From Oscillospiraceae bacterium (GTDB lineage Bacteria > Bacillota > Clostridia > Oscillospirales > CAG-272), in the NCBI GenBank assembly GCA_015065175.1, contig SVQV01000002.1:1-57362 (forward strand): a DNA stretch of 57,362 bases, in the 5' to 3' direction. Positions 1 through 9,128 of this stretch are shown here, piece by piece (positions within the stretch are counted from its first letter, which is position 1; each line of letters starts with the position of its first letter). Below the pieces are notes generated by a model. The model saw only the letters and a program-made list of their open reading frames with translations, was not told the origin of the DNA and ran no database searches. Made by a program: the position numbers and the translations under genes.

Positions 1-74
1 AGGAGATTTCGCACATAACAATGCTTGCCTTATCTTGAATCGTGCGGAGGCTCCTTCCACCACTGCGTGGTCCC

Positions 75-93
75 CCTCCCTCTCGGAGGGAGG
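75..93. repeat. GC-rich mini-palindrome CCTCCCTC-tcg-GAGGGAGG inside a REP-like intergenic patch (about 40-100)
   Basis: Perfect 8-bp inverted repeat with a 3-nt loop, read directly. Neighbouring small palindromes are GGAG-g-CTCC and CCAC-n6-GTGG. No ORF support. Confidence 0.4.
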
Positions 94-145
94 CTGTTTG
101 CAGAAATTCTAAACTCACCGACAAATCAAAATTTGAATTAAAAAG

Positions 146-178
146 AAAAAAGCGACATTTTTGAAGTGTCGCTTTTTT
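146..178 (-). terminator. Rho-independent (bidirectional) terminator downstream of the DtxR-family gene
   Basis: AGCGACA/TGTCGCT stem (151-173) flanked by an A-run on one side and a T-run on the other. Confidence 0.7.
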
Positions 179-194
179 GATATCAGGGATAAAA

Positions 195-566
195 CTATTT
201 TTTTAGCTTATCGTAGACCTCTTTTATCGCTTCAAAGGTCCTGTCGCTTATTATATGTTCTATTCGGCAGGCGTCCTCGGAGGCGGTTTCGCTGTCAACG
301 CCTATTTTTTGTAAAATTCCCGTAAGGACGGTGTGACGCTCGAATATTTTCTTCGCCGCGTTTTTTCCTTCCTCGGTAAGAGAAATATACCCGTCCGAGT
401 CTACCTCTATATATTCCTGTTGCTTCAAAAGACCTATGGCGCGGCTGACGCTCGGCTTTGAATAATTCATATATTCCGCTACATCTATAGAGCGTACGTT
501 GCTTCGGGATGTGCATAAAACGTATATCGACTCGAGATACATTTCTCCCGATTCTTTAAGTGGCAT
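195..566 (-). CDS. DtxR/MntR-family metal-dependent transcriptional repressor
   Basis: 123-aa ORF with an N-terminal winged helix (IDVAEYMNYSKPSVSRAIGLLK), followed by a DtxR-type dimerisation segment (FERHTVLTGIL). Confidence 0.85.
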   Translation of the reverse strand: MPLKESGEMYLESIYVLCTSRSNVRSIDVAEYMNYSKPSVSRAIGLLKQQEYIEVDSDGYISLTEEGKNAAKKIFERHTVLTGILQKIGVDSETASEDACRIEHIISDRTFEAIKEVYDKLKK

Positions 567-625
567 ATGAAATCTCCTTTGCGCGGTAATAAAATTAATT
601 ATTCCCTTTGTTTATGTAGAGCTGA

Positions 626-1111
626 CTATAAAATGCCGTACATAAGCAGGCTCATTATAGTGGTGGCTAAAGCAATACCTATCAGAATGGCAAGAGACGC
701 TTTTTTTATCTTAACGCCGAACAGCGCGGAAATCAGAGCGCCCGTCCAAGCGCCGGTTCCGGGAAGCGGTATTCCCACGAAGAGTAAAAGTCCGACGAAC
801 TCACCTTTTTTCAAGGCATCACTCTTTTTTAAAGCCCTGTCCTCTAATTTACAGATGATTTTTCCGAATAATTTAGTTGGCTTGAGCCAAGCGAATATTT
901 TTTTAATAAAAAGGAGTATAAACGGAATGGGAAGAATGTTTCCCAGCACCGAAAAAACAAGCGTAGTCGCGAGGGGAAGTCCGAGCAGACGGCCTACAAT
1001 TATACCGCCTCTGCATTCGAGAAGCGGCATTAAAGAAACAATGAAGGTGACAAGCTCGGCGGGAATATACTGTCCGAGCGTCTCGCCAAACCAGATAGCA
1101 ATAGAATCCAT
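626..1111 (-). CDS. Small multidrug-export-like membrane protein (COG2426 / Sm_multidrug_ex type)
   Basis: 161 aa with several TM segments and the motif GIPLPGTGAWTGAL that is typical of this family. Confidence 0.7.
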   Translation of the reverse strand: MDSIAIWFGETLGQYIPAELVTFIVSLMPLLECRGGIIVGRLLGLPLATTLVFSVLGNILPIPFILLFIKKIFAWLKPTKLFGKIICKLEDRALKKSDALKKGEFVGLLLFVGIPLPGTGAWTGALISALFGVKIKKASLAILIGIALATTIMSLLMYGIL

Positions 1112-1154
1112 AAAATCTCCTGTGCCTTAAACGTCTTTCACTGACTGTGCAGAA

Positions 1155-1784
1155 TTACTTGTTCATAAGCAGCTGCGCGGCATCCGCTATGATTTTTGCG
1201 CAGGTGTCTATTCCAAGCTTTCCGCTGTCTAATGCCAAATGATAGTTGTCATATTTACCCCATTTTCCGCCTGTATAGAAGTTATAGTATGAGGTGCGGC
1301 GGCGGTCGGTCTTGTTTATAACATCAAGTATTTCCGAAGGCTTCAGCTCGGGATGTCTTTCTTCTACTCTCTTTTTTCTTATCTCCAGATCCGCATAGAT
1401 GAAAACACTTAAGCGATTTGGATTGTTTCTCAACACATAGTCACCGCAGCGACCTATGATGATAGCGCTTTCCTTTTCGGCAATTTCACGTATTACGTCC
1501 GACTGAAGAATGAAAAGCTTATCGTTTATCGGCAGATTATAAGAGCCGAGGTGGGCGGCGCCAAACATATTCGAGCCCATGGCGAGAGTATAAAGCAGGC
1601 TGTTTGCGGCTGTTTCGTCAGCCTTTTCCAGCACGGTTTCGTGAATATTGGAGCCCTGGGACGCCATAGTGATAAGCTCTTTGTCATAGGTGGGGATCTT
1701 GAGGAGCTCGGCGGTCTTTTCTCCGATTTCACGTCCGCCGCTTCCGTATTGACGCGCAATAGTAATTACAACATTGTTAGACAT
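1155..1784 (-). CDS. Cytidylate kinase-like family protein
   Basis: 209 aa. N-terminus ITIARQYGSGGREIGEKTAELLKIPTYDKELI is the characteristic pattern of this family. Confidence 0.8.
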   Translation of the reverse strand: MSNNVVITIARQYGSGGREIGEKTAELLKIPTYDKELITMASQGSNIHETVLEKADETAANSLLYTLAMGSNMFGAAHLGSYNLPINDKLFILQSDVIREIAEKESAIIIGRCGDYVLRNNPNRLSVFIYADLEIRKKRVEERHPELKPSEILDVINKTDRRRTSYYNFYTGGKWGKYDNYHLALDSGKLGIDTCAKIIADAAQLLMNK

Positions 1785-1958
1785 AAAATCAATCTCCTTT
1801 ATATAAGTAATTTGTTTCCTTACATATATTTTATCATATTTTTTTGTTTTTGTAAAGAGGAATTGGCAAAAAATCAGTCAATAATCACATAAACGGTATT
1901 GAAAAAAGAGAAAAAATGTGATAAAATCATTAAAAACATATAAGAGAGGAAAAGGAAA

Positions 1959-3524
1959 ATGCTCTGCGTCACTCCCGACTTAATATCGAAAATAGACAGA
2001 TATGCGGAAGAAAAACTGAATATCAAGACCGAAGAGCTTATGCGGCGCGCAGGAGAAGCGGTAGCAAAGGAGACGGCGGCCTTTTTCAAGGGTAATAATG
2101 CAAAAGCCCCCGACAAAACCAAAATAACCGTATTATGCGGAAGCGGAAATAACGGCGGAGACGGCTATGCGGCGGCGCTTGAGCTTTTTAAACAAGGCTT
2201 TTTGCTAACTGTAGTTGACGTTTTTGGGAAAGGACAGCGTTCCGAGGCGGGAAAACACTTTCTCTGTGAATATTCCAAAGGGGCAGAGGTTCTTTTTTTT
2301 GATGCGCTTACGGAAGGACAGAAGCAAGATATATTCTTCGATTGTGACTGCATTATAGATGCTATCTTCGGAACAGGCGCAAGGGCAGAACTTGACTCCC
2401 GACTCAAAGAAATAATAACGCTCGTCAATTCTTCCTCGGCTAAAAAAATAGCCGTGGATATCCCACTTGGCGCGGATGCGTATAACGGTACTCTTTCGGA
2501 GACTCACATAAAAGTCGATAAGACGGTGACTCTCTGCTTTGCAAAAAGGGGACTCTATTCCTACCCCTGCCGAAGTATATGCGGAGAGATAAAGAATTAT
2601 GATATAGGTATAGGAAATGCAAAAACAGCAGAATTGTTTTCCGTAAGCGACACCGTCATTGACAGGGAAATGATAAAAAAATTGCTCCCCGAGCGAAAAA
2701 AGAATACACACAAGGGAACATACGGAAAAACAGTCCTTTTCTGCGGAAGTGATAAGTACAGAGGAGCGGCTATTTTAGCGACAGAGAGCGCGTTGAGAAC
2801 GGGAAGCGGACTTACCGCACTGTGCAGCGAAGAAAGCGTTATAAGAGATTGCTGTGTAAGACTTCCCGAAGGAATTTACGTAAAAATGCCGCCGTCCTTT
2901 GAAATGACTCTTTCACAGACAGAAGGTGCGTCAATGGGAGCTTCGGCTATCCTCATAGGCTCGGGCTCCGGGCAGAGTGAAAACCTTTCGACTCTTATTC
3001 AAGCTTTGATAAAGAGCGAGGGGGCGCCTCTCATTATAGATGCGGACGGAATAAATTCTATTTCTCTTTTGGGAAAGGACGGCTTATCAGAGCTTTTTAA
3101 AAGCGCAAAAAGAAAGACGCTGCTGACCCCTCACCCCGCTGAAATGGCGAGACTCAGCTCGCTTTCTGTCCCCGACGTGCAGAGCAACCGCCTCGGAATA
3201 GCCGAAGCATTTGCGTCTGAGCATAATACTACAGTCGTTCTGAAGGGCGCATCGACCGTTATAACCGACGGAGTAAATACGCGGATAGACATAGAAGGCG
3301 GTCCCGAGCTTGCCAAGGGCGGAAGCGGAGATGTGCTTGCGGGTGCGATTGCCTCATTTGCTTCACAGGGATTTTCGCTCTTTGATGCCGCAACCGTGGC
3401 GGTCTATCTCCATTCCTGCGCAGGCAAGGCGCTTGCAGATGAATTTTCCTCATACGGAGTATGTCCGTCAGAGCTTCCGAGACAAATTTCAAGAGAGATA
3501 TTAAAAATAACAGGAGATAAATGA
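1959..3524 (+). CDS. nnr: Bifunctional NAD(P)H-hydrate repair enzyme (epimerase + ADP-dependent dehydratase)
   Basis: 521 aa. YjeF_N-type N-terminal half (CGSGNNGGDGY) plus a carbohydrate-kinase-like C-terminal half (KGGSGDVLAG). Confidence 0.9.
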   Translation: MLCVTPDLISKIDRYAEEKLNIKTEELMRRAGEAVAKETAAFFKGNNAKAPDKTKITVLCGSGNNGGDGYAAALELFKQGFLLTVVDVFGKGQRSEAGKHFLCEYSKGAEVLFFDALTEGQKQDIFFDCDCIIDAIFGTGARAELDSRLKEIITLVNSSSAKKIAVDIPLGADAYNGTLSETHIKVDKTVTLCFAKRGLYSYPCRSICGEIKNYDIGIGNAKTAELFSVSDTVIDREMIKKLLPERKKNTHKGTYGKTVLFCGSDKYRGAAILATESALRTGSGLTALCSEESVIRDCCVRLPEGIYVKMPPSFEMTLSQTEGASMGASAILIGSGSGQSENLSTLIQALIKSEGAPLIIDADGINSISLLGKDGLSELFKSAKRKTLLTPHPAEMARLSSLSVPDVQSNRLGIAEAFASEHNTTVVLKGASTVITDGVNTRIDIEGGPELAKGGSGDVLAGAIASFASQGFSLFDAATVAVYLHSCAGKALADEFSSYGVCPSELPRQISREILKITGDK

Positions 3525-4441
3525 TCATGACAAGGATAGAGGAATTTAAGGCGCTTATCGGCAGTCCTTCGAACTACAGCTTCGAGCATTCGCTTGAATT
3601 TGTAAAAAGGTACAGCTTTGAAGACATCGACTGCGAGCTTTATATGCAGGCGAATGGGATCCGTCCCGACGGTGAAATAACATATCAGCGTGTTGTTATG
3701 GCTCTTCCCAAAAAGCTTGACGGGAAAATGCCTGCGGTGGTGGTGCCCTTTTACTATCCCGACGCGGCACTCGGCTTTGACCTTGAGAGCGGCGAAGCAC
3801 TGGAAAGATATATAAAAAACCCCACAATGCACGACATTGTGAGGCACGGTTATATTGCGATATCGGCAGATGCATACCACCTTACATATGCAAACTTAAG
3901 TTTACCGAGAGATGATTTTTCACGTTGGCAGAAAACAGCCGAGGTGTTTAATTGCGAGCATCCCGAATGGAGCGGAATAGGCAAGCTCATCTTTGATACA
4001 CAGCTATTGCTCGATATCTGCGAAAGCGACCCGAGAATAGACAGCGAGCGCATAGGCATGGCGGGACATTCTCTCGGCGGTAAAATGGCGTTCTATACAG
4101 GATGTCTTGACGAGCGAGTCAAGGTCATACTTGCGAGCGATTTCGGAATAGGTCTTGACAGTACAAACTGGGATTCTATCTGGTATTGGGGCGACAAGAT
4201 AAATGTGTTAAAGGAAAAAGGTCTTGACAATACCGTTCTCCTTTCACATGCCGCACCTAAGCCTTTCTGTCTGATAGCGGGTCAGTACGATAACGAGGAA
4301 AGCAGACAGGCAGTATATTCGGTAGAGGAATATAAGGACTGCCCGAGTAAGATTTTAGTAATAGATCACAGGTCGGGACACAGACCGCCGAAATATGCAT
4401 CCGAGGCAGGATATTATTTCCTCGACAGCTATTTAAAATAA
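3521..4441 (+). CDS. Alpha/beta-fold hydrolase (esterase/dienelactone-hydrolase-like)
   Basis: 306 aa with the nucleophile elbow GHSLGG. ATGA start/stop overlap with nnr. Confidence 0.7.
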   Translation: MIMTRIEEFKALIGSPSNYSFEHSLEFVKRYSFEDIDCELYMQANGIRPDGEITYQRVVMALPKKLDGKMPAVVVPFYYPDAALGFDLESGEALERYIKNPTMHDIVRHGYIAISADAYHLTYANLSLPRDDFSRWQKTAEVFNCEHPEWSGIGKLIFDTQLLLDICESDPRIDSERIGMAGHSLGGKMAFYTGCLDERVKVILASDFGIGLDSTNWDSIWYWGDKINVLKEKGLDNTVLLSHAAPKPFCLIAGQYDNEESRQAVYSVEEYKDCPSKILVIDHRSGHRPPKYASEAGYYFLDSYLK

Positions 4442-5848
4442 AGAACATTCACCGCATTCTCCGCCCGCTATTACATAGTGTGCGGAGAAATTTATTCCCG
4501 CGCGGTCAAGCGAGGTCTTGAGATTTCGGGAGACCTCTATGTCCGATGCCGACGCTTCGGGCAGTCCGTCGGGGTGATTATGCGTAAGGATAACGTATGA
4601 AGCCTTTTCGGTAATGGCGCCTTCGAGTATTCCTCTACCCGAAATGAATACGGAATTTATTCCGCCGCGGGAGAGCCTTTTGTGCTTAATAAATTTTTGG
4701 TTTTTGTCAAACAAAAGAGAAATCACACACTCCGAGGTCTCGCCTATGTAAAGCTGAGTTATAAAATCGAGAATAGCTTTCTTGTCGGAAAGGAAAAGCT
4801 GCTTAGGCGGATTTCTGTCACAGATATACTGCTTGGTTGCGCTTACCAGACGAAGAAGCGTGGCTATATTTTCGTTTATGCCGCCTCGCTCGCAAAGCCG
4901 AGGGGTGTCGGCATATAATACGCTTTTGAGCGAGCCGAAGCGTGAGATCAAGTCATCCGCAAGCTCACGTGCGCTGCTTCTCTTTACAAAGGAGAGAAGT
5001 CTTGTGAGAGCATCGGAGTCGGACTGCGCAGAGCTGTATTCCTGTATGAAAGGCTCACCTCTTGCAGTGTCTGAAGATGCGCCAAGCTCCTTTCTCATTT
5101 CCGCAAAGCCGTCTGTCGCTTCGAGAAATGCGGCTCTTTGTCTGGAAAGAGCAACTAAATTTTTACTTTTTGCGAAAATCGGGGAGTAGCCGTCCTTTGT
5201 GACGGTAAACACCTCAAGCAGCTTAAGGTCGGAGTCGAAAAGAGCATTCTTCAATTCAATGGCGGAAAAGACATCCTCAAAGTTAGGTATCGAGAGCGCA
5301 TTGAATTTATGCTGAAAAAGCACTGCCATAGATGCATGGCAGTCAATGAATTTTGAAATAAGGTCTTCTATTTTTACAAGATGAAGTCCTGTCGATGTAT
5401 CGAGCAATTTTTCGTTTTTTATTATTTCAAAGCGGTTATTTAAAAATATAACAGAGGTAAAGGACTCTTTTTCGTTTTCGACAAGAGCGCAGAGATATTC
5501 GCCCATTTCTTCGAGGCTCTTATATGAAGGGAGCGGAGGCGGCGGAGTCACGGTCCTTTCTAAAAGTATATTTGATGTTTCGTACAGACAGTGCAGAAAA
5601 TCCGCTGTATAGTTGCCCACACCCGAAACCTTTGACAGGTTTTCGCTTGATTCGGTAAGCACGTTTTCTATAGAGCCGAATTTTGCTATAAGCTCGTGAG
5701 CTATGGGATTTGTATCCTTGTACGGCACTCCGTAAAACAGGATAAGCTCTAACATATTATGCTCTTCGAAGGATAAATGTCCTTCGCTGTTAAATCTGTT
5801 CCGCAGCCGCAAGCGGTGATTTTTATGAATATTGACCTCGGTTTTCAT
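4433..5848 (-). CDS. Tandem RadC-like protein: degenerate N-terminal RadC module plus intact C-terminal JAB/MPN module
   Basis: 471 aa with two HhH-type segments (PIAHELIAKFGSIENVL and ELADDLISRFGSLKSVL). The C-terminal JAMM motif THNHPDGLPEASASDIEVSRNL is intact. The N-terminal copy reads FQHKFNALSIPNFEDV, so the metal ligands are lost. Confidence 0.75.
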   Translation of the reverse strand: MKTEVNIHKNHRLRLRNRFNSEGHLSFEEHNMLELILFYGVPYKDTNPIAHELIAKFGSIENVLTESSENLSKVSGVGNYTADFLHCLYETSNILLERTVTPPPPLPSYKSLEEMGEYLCALVENEKESFTSVIFLNNRFEIIKNEKLLDTSTGLHLVKIEDLISKFIDCHASMAVLFQHKFNALSIPNFEDVFSAIELKNALFDSDLKLLEVFTVTKDGYSPIFAKSKNLVALSRQRAAFLEATDGFAEMRKELGASSDTARGEPFIQEYSSAQSDSDALTRLLSFVKRSSARELADDLISRFGSLKSVLYADTPRLCERGGINENIATLLRLVSATKQYICDRNPPKQLFLSDKKAILDFITQLYIGETSECVISLLFDKNQKFIKHKRLSRGGINSVFISGRGILEGAITEKASYVILTHNHPDGLPEASASDIEVSRNLKTSLDRAGINFSAHYVIAGGECGECSLF

Positions 5849-5994
5849 TCTTGATTTTACCTGACTGTTATAAAATATAGAGAAATGATATCATATTTCT
5901 TCAAAAAAGTCAATCTGTATATAAATATAATCTTTACAAACACAAAAAAATATGATATACTTTTTTGTAAAGAAACAATTTTATGGAGGCGCTT

Positions 5995-7563
5995 ATGTTA
6001 TCCGAGGTATATACTGCGGGGATATCGGGAATAGACGGTTATGAGGTTACTGTTGAATGCAGCCTGCGTGACCGCCTGGGTGAATTTGAGCTTGTTGGAC
6101 TTCCCGATACGGCTGTCAAGGAAGCAAAGGAGCGTGTAAGATGCGCCTGCGAAAACAGCGGATATATGTTTCCGTCAGCCGAGATAATGATAAATTTAGC
6201 TCCCGCAAACAGAAAAAAAGAGGGAAGCGCCTTTGACCTTGCTATCCTCTGTTCGCTTATGAAATGTATGGGAGTTATCCCGAAGGAGATGTCTCTTGAG
6301 GATAAATGCTTTATAGGTGAGCTTTCGCTCTCGGGCGAATTGCGAGGAGTGAACGGAATACTCTGTATGTGCATTACCGCGCGCGATATGGGCAGAAAAG
6401 AGGTATTTGTACCGATAGAAAACGCAAAGGAAGCGGCAGTCGTTGACGGAATTACCGTTTACGGAGTGCGAGATTTCTGTCAGCTCGTGAAGCACTTGAA
6501 GGGCATAGAGCCGATACCGAGCGTTACCTACGATAAAAGCGAGTTTTATTCAAGAATAGGCGTAAACGAGCTTGATTTCTCGGATGTCAGAGGACAGGCT
6601 GAGGCTAAGCGCGCTATGGAGATAGCGGCGGCAGGCGGACATAACATATTGCTGATAGGTCCTCCCGGCTCGGGAAAATCAATGCTCTCCAAACGCTTGC
6701 CCACAATTTTGCCCGACCTCTCCTTTGACGAGGCGATAGAGACGACAAAGGTCCATTCGGTCATGGGCATATTAAAGGACAATCTCATCACAGAGCGTCC
6801 CTTCCGCTCTCCGCACCATACGATAAGCGCGGCGGGTCTTATAGGCGGCGGCGCAAATCCCAAGCCGGGCGAGATCTCGCTTGCCAATAACGGAGTTCTT
6901 TTTCTCGATGAATTTCCCGAATTTTCGAAGTCAATAATAGAGTCTATGAGAGCGCCCCTTGAGGATGGTTCCGTTACCGTAACACGTGTAAATTCACGCT
7001 GTACATATCCGTCATCGTTTATGCTTGTGTGCGCTATGAACCCATGCAGATGCGGATATTTCGGAGACCCTAACCGCAAGTGTGTCTGCCGTCAGTCGGA
7101 CGTGCAGAAATATCTCGCGAAAATAAGCGGTCCTATGCTCGACAGAATTGACTTACAGGTCGAATTGCCCTCCGTCTCCTACAGTGAGATATCAAATCGC
7201 TCTCCCGACGGAGATTCCTCCGAAAAAATAAGAGAGCGTGTAAACCGAGCAAGACAGATAGCTCGGGAGCGATATGCCGAGGCAGGACTTAAAGAAAACT
7301 GCAACGCTCAGCTTTCCTCCTCCGCAATACGTAAATTCTGTCAGCTTGACGGGGCAGCCGAGAAGCTCATGCGAGATGCCTTCGACCGACTCTCGATGTC
7401 TGCGAGAGCCCACGACAGACTTCTCCGTGTCGCACGTACTATAGCCGACCTTGCAGGCGCCGAGAATATAAGCGCTATGCATATAGCCGAAGCGATAAGA
7501 TACCGCTCTCTCGACAAGAAATACTGGTCTGTCGGAGAAAAGCTGAGAAGCGAAGAAAAGTGA
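5995..7563 (+). CDS. comM: YifB/ComM-family Mg-chelatase-like AAA+ ATPase
   Basis: Walker A GPPGSGKS and the typical N-terminus MLSEVYTAGISGIDGYEV. Start moved to ATG 5995, which lies 4 nt after GGAGG. Confidence 0.9.
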   Translation: MLSEVYTAGISGIDGYEVTVECSLRDRLGEFELVGLPDTAVKEAKERVRCACENSGYMFPSAEIMINLAPANRKKEGSAFDLAILCSLMKCMGVIPKEMSLEDKCFIGELSLSGELRGVNGILCMCITARDMGRKEVFVPIENAKEAAVVDGITVYGVRDFCQLVKHLKGIEPIPSVTYDKSEFYSRIGVNELDFSDVRGQAEAKRAMEIAAAGGHNILLIGPPGSGKSMLSKRLPTILPDLSFDEAIETTKVHSVMGILKDNLITERPFRSPHHTISAAGLIGGGANPKPGEISLANNGVLFLDEFPEFSKSIIESMRAPLEDGSVTVTRVNSRCTYPSSFMLVCAMNPCRCGYFGDPNRKCVCRQSDVQKYLAKISGPMLDRIDLQVELPSVSYSEISNRSPDGDSSEKIRERVNRARQIARERYAEAGLKENCNAQLSSSAIRKFCQLDGAAEKLMRDAFDRLSMSARAHDRLLRVARTIADLAGAENISAMHIAEAIRYRSLDKKYWSVGEKLRSEEK

Positions 7564-7582
7564 TAGAAAAAAGGTGAATACA

Positions 7583-9040
7583 ATGAATAAACAAAACAAT
7601 ACGATGCTATGCGATTACTACGAGCTGACAATGGCTAACGGATATTTCGAGCTGGGAAAGGGCGATGAGATTTCATATTTCGACGTATTTTTCCGCCAGA
7701 TACCCGACGGAGGCGGATACGCTATTGCCGCAGGTCTTGAACAGGTCATAGACTATATTCAGAACCTCTGTTTTACCGAGGAGGATATCGAATATCTCAG
7801 AGGCAAAAAGTGCTTCTCCGAGAAATTTTTGGACTATTTACGTAACTTTAAGTTTACAGGAGACATATATGCGGTGCCCGAAGGCACGCCGATATTTCCA
7901 AATGAGCCTATACTCACGGTAAGAGCGCCCTCTATTCAGGCACAGTTTATAGAGACATACCTCTTGCTTACGCTTAATCATCAGTCGCTTATTGCCACAA
8001 AGGCTAACAGAATAGTCCGCGCGGCACAGGGAAGGGCGGTTGCCGAGTTTGGCTCAAGACGCGCGCAGGGTGCGACAGGTGCGGCTCTCGGCGCAAGAGC
8101 CGCATATATCGGAGGCTGCTCCGCTACCGCCTGCACTATAAGCGAAAGAGACTATAAAATTCCCGCTACAGGCACTATGGCGCATTCATGGGTCATGATG
8201 TTCGACAGCGAATACGAGGCATTCTGCGCTTATTGTAAGCTTTACCCCGACAATGCGACACTTTTGGTAGATACCTATGACACCTTGAAAAGCGGTGTGC
8301 CTAACGCTATAAAGGCGTTCAAAGAGGTGCTTCTGCCTATGGGAATAAAGAAATGCGGAATAAGACTCGACTCGGGCGATATAGCGTATCTTACCAAAAA
8401 GGCAAGAAAAATGCTTGACGAGGCGGGACTTACCGAATGTAAGATAGTTGTTTCAAACTCGCTTGACGAGAATATCATAAGAGATATTATAGCGCAGGGC
8501 GCCAAGATAGACTCCTTCGGTGTAGGAGAGCGCCTTATTACCGCAAAGAGCGATCCCGTTTTCGGCGGTGTTTATAAGCTTGTCGCAAAGGAAACCGAGA
8601 ACGGAGATGTCATTCCGAAAATAAAGATAAGCGAGAATGCGGGTAAGATAACCAACCCTCATTTCAAGAAGGCGTTCCGTATATTCGACCGTGACACGAA
8701 CAGAGCGATAGCAGATCTGCTCAGCGTGCATGACGAGACTATAGACGAGAGCAAGCCGCTTGAGCTTTTCGACCCTCAGGAAACATGGAAGCGCAAGACG
8801 GTTACGAGTTACGAGGCGAGAGAATTGCTTGTTCCGGTGTTCAAAAACGGCGAGTGTGTGTATAAATCTCCCACAGTCGATGAGATAAGAGCATACTGCG
8901 CAAGTCAGGTAGAAACTCTCTGGGAGGAGGTCCTTCGCTTTGAAAATCCTCACAGATACTACGTTGACCTCACCGAAAAGCTCTGGAAAATAAAAATGTC
9001 GTTGCTCGAAGAGTATGGCAGAGCATCAAAAGCAAAATAA
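7583..9040 (+). CDS. pncB: Nicotinate phosphoribosyltransferase
   Basis: NAPRTase pattern (YYELTMANGYF, PATGTMAHSWVM). Start set at ATG 7583 behind AAGGTGA. Confidence 0.9.
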   Translation: MNKQNNTMLCDYYELTMANGYFELGKGDEISYFDVFFRQIPDGGGYAIAAGLEQVIDYIQNLCFTEEDIEYLRGKKCFSEKFLDYLRNFKFTGDIYAVPEGTPIFPNEPILTVRAPSIQAQFIETYLLLTLNHQSLIATKANRIVRAAQGRAVAEFGSRRAQGATGAALGARAAYIGGCSATACTISERDYKIPATGTMAHSWVMMFDSEYEAFCAYCKLYPDNATLLVDTYDTLKSGVPNAIKAFKEVLLPMGIKKCGIRLDSGDIAYLTKKARKMLDEAGLTECKIVVSNSLDENIIRDIIAQGAKIDSFGVGERLITAKSDPVFGGVYKLVAKETENGDVIPKIKISENAGKITNPHFKKAFRIFDRDTNRAIADLLSVHDETIDESKPLELFDPQETWKRKTVTSYEARELLVPVFKNGECVYKSPTVDEIRAYCASQVETLWEEVLRFENPHRYYVDLTEKLWKIKMSLLEEYGRASKAK

Positions 9041-9128
9041 ATCAAGCCTGCTATTGCAGGTATAAGCCAATAAAAAAGGATCGGGTCAAATTTAATTTTT
9101 TGACTCGGTCCCTTTTTGTTTATGTGCT

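Noticed and set aside
567-1130. 187-aa plus-strand ORF overlapping the COG2426 membrane protein gene
   Set aside because: It is fully antisense to a gene with a clear family motif, and it has low-complexity, proline/serine-rich shadow-ORF composition with no RBS.
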